From assembly GCA_041739995.1 (NCBI GenBank), contig JBGSMV010000019.1:1-22705 (forward strand): a DNA stretch of 22,705 nt, given 5' to 3'. The position numbers and the translations under genes were made by a program. Shown here one piece after another: positions 16,313 through 22,705 of this stretch. Position 1 is the stretch's first letter. Each line of letters starts with the position of its first letter. This DNA is from Bdellovibrionota bacterium. Lineage in GTDB: Bacteria; Bdellovibrionota_C; UBA2361; JBGSMV01. The notes below the pieces were generated by a model that searched no databases, was not told the origin of the DNA, and saw only the letters and a list, made by a program, of their open reading frames with translations.

Positions 16313-17146
16313 CTACGGCGAAGGTCCACCAGGGAGGGTGAAAAGAAGCGTGGCTTCTCCCGGGATACACTCCTGCAAACGACATGCGGTCCACGTTGCT
16401 CTTACGGTGCCAATTCCCTTCTGGGCCTCTCCGTATGGGGGAGCCTCACTCGCCCCAGTGAGAACTTCAGTATTGTTCAGAGCAACTTCCTGACCACTAT
16501 CGGTCTGCTTTGTCGTACCCCTGGGTTCTGAGCTTGCCGGACGCTCAGCCTTTCCCGACTCAGAGTCTGAAGCTGCTGGCACTACCTTGAGACGATCAAC
16601 CACCAACACCGCGTCGAAATTGCCGGACAAATCACGCGGAGTTTTAATTATGTGAGCATCATCCATATGAGCTTTGGAGTCAGCTCCTGCCAGGTCCTTT
16701 TGACTCGGCTGATTTCCGACATCGGCTGCCACTGCACTTCGATTTTGATCTTCCTTTGATACGGATTTCTCGACGCTTGTTACTGTCGGTGCCAAATCAT
16801 TGGGCCACTGCACTGATTTCAATTCGTAGCCAGGCGTATCCTGGAGGAAAATTTTTAGAGGGCGATGCTTCTCCCCCTGATCCTCAGCCTCCGGCCCAAA
16901 CACTTTCCATTCGTCCTTGATCATAAACGAAGTCGTCATACGTAATTGCGTCCCGCAGTCCGCACATGCGCTCTTCGCAGACTTATTTGGAGAGGCCTCG
17001 CTAAGAATTTGCGGGGTTGAAAGGCGCACCGATACGACCGGAAGTGACTCCGCATGAAGGTCCGGGGGACACGCCATAAAGGTGAGGGTCAAAAGGCTCG
17101 CCCACCGCATTGCAACCCAACCTGCGCCGTTCATGCCTATTTCCAT
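16313..17146 (-). CDS. Exported protein resembling the DsbD N-terminal (nDsbD-like) domain, with low-complexity insertions
   Basis: Signal peptide. FMIKDEWKVFG...PLKI...LKSVQWP and a C-terminal WTACRLQECIP resemble the nDsbD pattern; an extra CADC is present. Confidence 0.6.
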   Translation of the reverse strand: MEIGMNGAGWVAMRWASLLTLTFMACPPDLHAESLPVVSVRLSTPQILSEASPNKSAKSACADCGTQLRMTTSFMIKDEWKVFGPEAEDQGEKHRPLKIFLQDTPGYELKSVQWPNDLAPTVTSVEKSVSKEDQNRSAVAADVGNQPSQKDLAGADSKAHMDDAHIIKTPRDLSGNFDAVLVVDRLKVVPAASDSESGKAERPASSEPRGTTKQTDSGQEVALNNTEVLTGASEAPPYGEAQKGIGTVRATWTACRLQECIPGEATLLFTLPGGPSP

Positions 17147-17423
17147 GGGGAACTACCTATGCTCAAAAACTTTCAAGAAAACTTGACCTAACTAAGTCCC
17201 ACAGCCAGTAATGTAATCTACGGTGGAAGACTCTACTTTCTCCTGCCGATTGTGTAACGCGAGCGCTCAGGGCGCCAGCTCCACTTATTACCCCCGCTAT
17301 TCTCTTCCCAACCACCACCATCTTAATTCAGAGCAACCTCGACCAAACTGATGGGGCGGTCGATGCGCTGAAGCGTCGATTTCTTGGCCTATTCATCGAT
17401 CTATTCAACTCTGACGCACCGTA

Positions 17424-17603
17424 GGAGTCTGTGACACAGCCCTGTTTGTTAGGGTCCGCCTTCGCTCACATGTACCTGTGCTGCCATTTAACTCGAGTAG
17501 GCTTCCCCCTTTGCTTCCTCGCTCGCGAAGGCTACGGAGGATAGGAAAGCTTCGGGGGACAAGTCGGCGGGACGTCGTCGTCTGTGCCTGTGTCACACAC
17601 CCC
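17424..17603 (-). mobile_element. MITE-like element, copy B (180 bp, inverted relative to copy A)
   Basis: Plus strand TA|GGAGTCTGTGACACAG ... CTGTGTCACACACCCC|TA. Same length and interior as copy A. Confidence 0.88.
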
Positions 17604-17991
17604 TACTTTGAATGAACATTCGGCAGCGTCGCTCCGAAGCGATCCGGAATGATGCGCCTTTCAAAATCAGGAGGTTAGGCCGCCCTGACCTCCACTCGGG
17701 ACGCAATTGCAAAACACTACCTTGTCGCCCCGAGGCAACGTTTCCTCTCACTCCGCATCCCAATTCGCACGCAAGGAACTGTGGGGCCGGTCTCGTCCCA
17801 CACACGCCACAGGTTCTCAACACGGGTCGCCTCGCCACCTTTACGCTGGAAGAGCGACCACCTTCAGGTTTTCTCACTGTGAAGCTCACGAAGGCACAAA
17901 TACGCTTTCGAAAGGTGCCGTGCGCCCTGTGCTTGCGGTTATCGCCGCGGAGCTTCACTTAGGTATTTTAAATTTTTTTTGAGGTTCTCAT

Positions 17992-19794
17992 ATGGTTGCG
18001 TTTCTTCCTCCAGTTGATCTCGATGGGCTCACTCCTGAACAAAAAGCTCCGCCAGCGCTCGTCCATTTCATTTCCTTAAGCGATGAATCAATCTCGCCTG
18101 CGCTGCGCGGCCACACACCATCGATTGAGCAGATTCTGGCTGAGATCTCCAGCTGCTGCGCGCACCATTCGCTGCCCGGTCTTGTGTCGAGTGACCCCGA
18201 AAAGGGCCCTCTCACTTTGCCACTCGATGAAGCTGAAAACTTGATTAACTTCATGCTGTGGGGAGACCAAAGCGACGCAAGCCTTCGTGACTCAACGCAA
18301 GCGATCGCGCTCGGGTTACTTCGCGACATAGCCGAACATTTGCCAGACGGAACGACACTGCCGGAGCAACTTCGGCACGCCAACACAGAACATGAACTTG
18401 TAGCGGTGCTGGAATACGCATCAAGTTCACAGCGTTTAAGTTTCGTCTCCACGCTACTAGACGCAGCCGGATCTAATCCGCAGGCCGCTGACTTTTTAAT
18501 GTCGAAACTAGACAATGCGATGTACTTCCTCTCTGCTCAAGAGGAGGGAGCGCTACTGCGTCATGCGCTTCAAAGCGAGAATGATTACACGCGTGCCTTT
18601 GGCGCTGTGCTACTCAGGGGCAGTCGCACACTTGCCGATTTAAAAGCACTTGTTGAAGAGATAGGCACCGAAGCCCTGCTCACCAGCTCGAGCGTGGAAC
18701 TTCGAGAACTCGCTGCGATAGCGGTTCTTTATTCTAGCGCAAGAGCTGACACTCTGCCCTCATCATCAAACGAACTTTCAAACAAACTCGACCTGTTCGA
18801 GACGATTCACTCACTCACCAACTTCCTGGACCGACGACACCTCGAAGTGAATCAAGATGCGCGTTTAGCTGAAAGCATCGCCGCTCAGGAGATGTCAATC
18901 AACATCGCACAGGCCCGCAGTGATCTTGAAACGCTATCGAAAAAGCTGTCGAGCATATCAGAGAGCGAATCTCTCGGCACGCTCAGCCAGGAGCTACGCA
19001 CCCTTCAACTGCGCATGGAGCTCGAGTTTAAGTACGGCATTCAACTCACGGCCGGAGTGGACGATGAAGGTGCACGACTTACTGAATGGAGCTTCAAAGA
19101 ACTGGGTCAAGTTCGTTCGGCGCTGGAGCGTTTGCCCGAAGGCATGTTGCTCACCACGCCGATGTTATTTGAGATTCAACGCGTGTCATGGTTGGGAGAT
19201 TCGGTGCTTGGTGTACGCGAGCACACTGGGCGCATCCGCATCGCGCAATTAGCGGTTGAAAATCCCATGGTAGAATTCATGTACCCCGGCGCAACCTCTT
19301 TGGAGCGCACCTTGATTCATGAGATTGGTCATGCACTGCAGCTGGGAAATAGCAGCGGTGGCGTAGGGCTTGACAGGTCCTTCCGTCTCGCAATCGAGCA
19401 AGGTGATGTCAGGTATGACTTTGATGAGTTCGTAGCGCTCAGTGGCTGGGAACTGATCGCTCGAGAACGCTTCAGCGTCGAGCACGGCGGCCTTTCGGTA
19501 ACTCTTGACGGCGTGCCCTGTCCGATCGGAGTTCCGGTGCAAGTTCACGATCGAATCCTCGTGCTACTCCCGGTGCATGGATTCCTGTTTGCACATGACG
19601 CGGGAGCAGGATTTAGTCTTGTACCTTACAGTCGTACCAACCCTTGGGAAGACTGGGCGGAAGCGTTCGCTGAGTACTTCACCGCACCTGAGCGCTTAAG
19701 GGCGTTTGCTCCAGCGAAATTCGAATTTCTTGATAGAGAATTTCGATACCATTGGAGCAATGCCTCGCTGGCAGCAGTCCCTGCAACACACTAA
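17992..19794 (+). CDS. Hypothetical protein with C-terminal HEXXH zinc metallopeptidase-like domain
   Basis: 600 aa. TLIHEIGHALQ plus distal YSRTNPWEDWAEAFAEYF...APAKFEFLD. Helical N-terminal part; GAGG SD. Confidence 0.75.
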   Translation: MVAFLPPVDLDGLTPEQKAPPALVHFISLSDESISPALRGHTPSIEQILAEISSCCAHHSLPGLVSSDPEKGPLTLPLDEAENLINFMLWGDQSDASLRDSTQAIALGLLRDIAEHLPDGTTLPEQLRHANTEHELVAVLEYASSSQRLSFVSTLLDAAGSNPQAADFLMSKLDNAMYFLSAQEEGALLRHALQSENDYTRAFGAVLLRGSRTLADLKALVEEIGTEALLTSSSVELRELAAIAVLYSSARADTLPSSSNELSNKLDLFETIHSLTNFLDRRHLEVNQDARLAESIAAQEMSINIAQARSDLETLSKKLSSISESESLGTLSQELRTLQLRMELEFKYGIQLTAGVDDEGARLTEWSFKELGQVRSALERLPEGMLLTTPMLFEIQRVSWLGDSVLGVREHTGRIRIAQLAVENPMVEFMYPGATSLERTLIHEIGHALQLGNSSGGVGLDRSFRLAIEQGDVRYDFDEFVALSGWELIARERFSVEHGGLSVTLDGVPCPIGVPVQVHDRILVLLPVHGFLFAHDAGAGFSLVPYSRTNPWEDWAEAFAEYFTAPERLRAFAPAKFEFLDREFRYHWSNASLAAVPATH

Positions 19795-20048
19795 AGCCAA
19801 TATGCAGGATGTCGGTGGTCAAGGCCTGTGCGCTGCTTTGCCTAACCTATACTATTTAGACGATTGCGAGAACATTCACGGATGAATTTGGAGTGACCCT
19901 GACATGTCCTGAGACCTCACTCCCACCAAGCCAGAGTATGGCGCCCGCGGTCGCCTTAATCTCGTCGCTCTACCGATGAAACTCATATGTTCCGGTGTCA
20001 ACTAAAGCGGGCGAAGTGCCAGCCGACTTGTCCGTGTTGAGCGATTTG

Positions 20049-20540
20049 TCATGCCGCTTCATGATTGAGTAGACTCTCTACGTCCAAGGGGTCGGTAACC
20101 ATGGCAATCATGCCATCTTTATCACGGGGCCATTCGTCGGCCGGTCGGTCCCAGTACAACTCGACCCCATTCTCATCCGGATCGCGAAGATAAAGGGCCT
20201 CGCTTACACCGTGATCACTAGCGCCATCGAGCGCGATACCTGCGGCACGGAGACGGCGCGCCGCGACCGCCAGTGCGCTGCGCGACGGGTAACGTATGGC
20301 CAAATGAAACAATCCGGTGGAACCTCGGGGCGGTGGTGATCCACCAAGGCTTTCCCAAGTATTCAAGCCGATGTGGTGATGGTAGCCACCAGCCGAAATA
20401 AAAACCGCACCAGCTCCATATCGCTGCGTCACTTCAAACCCCAGCACGCCACAATAAAACTCAAGTGCTCGGTCCAGGTCAGCAACCTTCAGGTGGACAT
20501 GGCCGATGGAGACATCGGAATGAATTGGATCGGCACTCAT
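20049..20540 (-). CDS. VOC family protein (glyoxalase/catechol 2,3-dioxygenase-like)
   Basis: IGHVHLKVADLDRALEFY, AGGYHHHIGLNTW, GLFHLAIRYP, DHGVSEALYLRDPDENGVELYWDRP. Confidence 0.93.
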   Translation of the reverse strand: MSADPIHSDVSIGHVHLKVADLDRALEFYCGVLGFEVTQRYGAGAVFISAGGYHHHIGLNTWESLGGSPPPRGSTGLFHLAIRYPSRSALAVAARRLRAAGIALDGASDHGVSEALYLRDPDENGVELYWDRPADEWPRDKDGMIAMVTDPLDVESLLNHEAA

Positions 20541-20686
20541 TGCTTATGCACTCCGTGGGACAACGGCGAGGAGGATCTGTTTCGGGCGCGGGTGCAATGA
20601 AAAACGGGCGTTAGGCCGCTAAACGCGGCGCCCGTGCGCGAAATCAGATCGATCCGTTTGTTGTCTTTTCCAACTCTCAAATCGTG

Positions 20687-20715
20687 TTGAAGCAACCCCA
20701 GCAATACTCTACAAT
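20687..20715 (+). promoter_or_regulatory. Sigma70 promoter predicting a nearly leaderless transcript
   Basis: TTGAAG (20687-20692), 17 bp, TACAAT (20710-20715). Only 9 nt separate it from the ATG at 20725, and there is no SD. Confidence 0.6.
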
Positions 20716-20724
20716 GTTCCTATT

Positions 20725-20982
20725 ATGAACAAGATTCTAGACTGGACCCAGATACAAGAGGAATTTCAGCATCAGTGGGTGCAGTTGGTGGACTACGACT
20801 GGCCAGAGGGCGAGCCACATCCAAAGTCTGGGAAAGTCAGAATCAACGCGCCGAATCGTAAGGAATTCAACAAGCTCGTTTTAGAGGCAGAGCCTGTAGA
20901 CGCTGCCAGAATTTATGTTGGAGATCACAGAACACCCTACGGCACGGTAATGAGTGCGAACATTGCAAGAATCGTTTCGTGA
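20725..20982 (+). CDS. Small hypothetical protein coupled to the aspartyl protease gene
   Basis: 85 aa (WTQIQEEFQHQWVQLVDY...GKV...RIYVG). Its stop overlaps the next start (GTGA). Confidence 0.75.
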   Translation: MNKILDWTQIQEEFQHQWVQLVDYDWPEGEPHPKSGKVRINAPNRKEFNKLVLEAEPVDAARIYVGDHRTPYGTVMSANIARIVS

Positions 20983-21368
20983 AAACAGTTAAGATTGATC
21001 TCACCCAGGAAGTGCCTGAAGTAAAGGTGCTTATAGCAGGGCCTCGCTCTCGACAATGGGTCAATCTTATCTTCGACACCGGTGCTGCCTGCACCCAGAT
21101 TGATACAGGATTAATCGAAGATATTGGATATTCTGCCTCCAACGCATTGAGGACGGTGAAGGTCTTAGGAGCCACCGGCACAGCGCAGGATGGCTATATA
21201 ATTGAGGTTGATTCCATTACGTTTCTTGGAAAGAAGGTGCTCAAGCCTCAGGTCGGTGTTTATGACTTCGATAATTTCCCGGGAGTAGACGGGCTACTTG
21301 GGTGGGATGTTATCAGCCAACTCCACATCGAGATGAACGGACCAGAGGGAATTCTAAGAGTCTTTTGA
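20979..21368 (+). CDS. Retropepsin-like (clan AA) aspartyl protease
   Basis: 129 aa. Catalytic LIFDTGA, flap-like VLGATG, C-terminal DGLLGWDVI. Confidence 0.9.
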   Translation: MKTVKIDLTQEVPEVKVLIAGPRSRQWVNLIFDTGAACTQIDTGLIEDIGYSASNALRTVKVLGATGTAQDGYIIEVDSITFLGKKVLKPQVGVYDFDNFPGVDGLLGWDVISQLHIEMNGPEGILRVF

Positions 21369-21437
21369 TCAGAGATCTTCAAGAAAAGATACCGGCACTA
21401 AATCAGCGGCGCCAACGGCATCCGCTGGACTTGGTTG

Positions 21438-21872
21438 TTATGCCCGCTCTCCAACGCCTAAACCACCAAGCAAGCCGTGCTTCGAAAATTGCGCAGTATC
21501 TGCCACTGCCTGTAACTCTACGATAAGCCCTTCTCGCACTGTCCAAATGTGTATGAATCCAATTTCGATCGGGGCATCGGTTGCTTTTACTTTACCGACG
21601 TATTGACCCTCAACCACGACTCTTTCGCCTGATTCGGTAAAGCGCGAAGTCTCGACTCGCCATTCAGAGAAATGCGCGCGCAATTCGGGAAAGAATTTCT
21701 CGAATACTTCACGACGGGACGAGTATGAATTTTGAGAGACAGGATAACCCGCCGAAACAGTCCAGCTAATATCTTCGGCAAGACATGCTGGGTCGAGTGC
21801 GGCAAACCAATGTCGCAGTGCTTCAATTGGACTAACGGTGCGACTCTGGTCTTGGTTGGTTGCGGCCTGCAT
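21438..21872 (-). CDS. NTF2/SnoaL-like family protein
   Basis: LAEDISWT, ESGERVVVEGQY, FIHIWTVREGLIVEL, ADTA. Confidence 0.85.
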   Translation of the reverse strand: MQAATNQDQSRTVSPIEALRHWFAALDPACLAEDISWTVSAGYPVSQNSYSSRREVFEKFFPELRAHFSEWRVETSRFTESGERVVVEGQYVGKVKATDAPIEIGFIHIWTVREGLIVELQAVADTAQFSKHGLLGGLGVGERA

Positions 21873-21918
21873 ACTTCTTACTCAATCATCAATCAGATTT
21901 CACTGCGGGTATAACGGC

Positions 21919-22428
21919 TTAAAGCAGCGGCACTTCACTGTCCGCTGGATTTGAGTGTTGTGCCGTACCGAGACGTTTACACCAGTTCCAAGTTCCCTTC
22001 TCATCCTGCTGCTGGTGGGTCCACACGAAGCCCCCTGACTCAAAGAGATTTCGCGATCGTAGGTTGGTTTCATGAATTCGAGTGACAATCTCCGAGTCTC
22101 CATAGAGCTCCAGAAGTTTTGCAAGAAGCTGTTTTCCAAGACCACGCCCTTGGTACTCGGGTAAAACCGCGATTCCGGATACATAACGACTATTGGAATC
22201 ATGATCGCGTAACTGAAAATTACCGGCTATTTTCTCGTCAACCAACATCAACCAGCTAATATAACCCTTCTCGTAAGATTCATGGTACCACTGTACATCG
22301 ACGCACCATTCCGCTGGATAACATCGACGATCAAAGGCAACAAGCGAGTCCCAATCACTCTCCCGAGTCATTAGTTCGAAACGTCCAGTATTAGAGGGCT
22401 GGGCTGAGTTCATGAGTTGTTCCGACAC
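21919..22428 (-). CDS. GNAT family N-acetyltransferase
   Basis: IAVLPEYQGRGLGKQLL acetyl-CoA motif and NLRSRNLFESGGF. The start may instead be the ATG at 22413 or 22371. Confidence 0.88.
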   Translation of the reverse strand: MSEQLMNSAQPSNTGRFELMTRESDWDSLVAFDRRCYPAEWCVDVQWYHESYEKGYISWLMLVDEKIAGNFQLRDHDSNSRYVSGIAVLPEYQGRGLGKQLLAKLLELYGDSEIVTRIHETNLRSRNLFESGGFVWTHQQQDEKGTWNWCKRLGTAQHSNPADSEVPLL

Positions 22429-22470
22429 AACGGCTACAGTCAGCGGACGAAGTTCCGCTAGGCTTGATTG

Positions 22471-22705
22471 TTATACGCGCATTTCGCCGCTAAACGGTAA
22501 GTACGCGCACCTCCAAGGTTCAGAGCCCACAACTTTTGTAGCGTGACCAGAGCCTTTGAGATCCTCTGCGAGCAAAACGCTACCCGGGCCGAATCTTCGA
22601 GTTGTACCATCCCGAAGTTGCACTTCTATTTCGCCTTGGAGGGTAATCACCCACTGTCTGGCGGGGGCGTTGTGCCAATCATACTGATGTCCAGCATCAG
22701 TTTCA
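22471..22705 (-). CDS. Cupin-domain protein, 5' end outside the window
   Basis: Not in the ORF track. Hand translation: ETDAGHQYDWHNAPARQWVITLQGEIEVQLRDGTTRRFGPGSVLLAEDLKGSGHATKVVGSEPWRCAYLPFSGEMRV*. Confidence 0.82.
   Translation of the reverse strand, partial: ETDAGHQYDWHNAPARQWVITLQGEIEVQLRDGTTRRFGPGSVLLAEDLKGSGHATKVVGSEPWRCAYLPFSGEMRV

Noticed and set aside
17879..17958. c-di-GMP-I riboswitch (GCACAGGGC...TTCGAAAG on the minus strand)
   Set aside because: Lacks the GGCAAA and GACGCAAAG conserved segments and has the wrong orientation for the downstream gene.
17593..17982. Three overlapping 91-121 aa ORFs in the intergenic region
   Set aside because: Arg/Pro/Ser-rich, mutually overlapping, no SD or recognisable domain; probably spurious.
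17988..18515. 175-aa antisense ORF and the many other short shadow ORFs in the track
   Set aside because: They lie opposite or out of frame to well-supported genes and have no recognisable motifs.
19890..19923. GGAGTGA...TCACTCC inverted repeat between convergent genes
   Set aside because: Only 7-bp arms with a long loop and no U-tract; compatible with chance.

Overview
Bacterial chromosomal segment (roughly 50% GC by eye; the gene set is compatible with a diderm deltaproteobacterium/Bdellovibrionota-like host, which is inference only). Left 5.7 kb: a small integrase-less island at tRNA-Arg(CCT). The displaced, scarred 3' half of the tRNA at 68-141 and the intact tRNA at 5722-5798 bracket a pckG-arsR-sulP operon (with its own promoter and operator) and a K-channel-like pore protein. 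Middle: housekeeping genes (nlpD-like, pcm, CbpA/DnaJ-like, secF-secD-yajC), a divergent TauE/MerR pair with a SoxR-box-like 19-bp-spacer promoter, and SRPBCC, methyltransferase and nDsbD-like genes. Two inverted copies of a 180-bp MITE with TA duplications and nested palindromic units lie at 12625-12804 and 17424-17603. Right: a 600-aa HEXXH metallopeptidase-like orphan, a VOC enzyme, a nearly leaderless small-protein/retropepsin pair, SnoaL-like, GNAT and a partial cupin gene. All calls come from motifs read by eye; no database searches were run.
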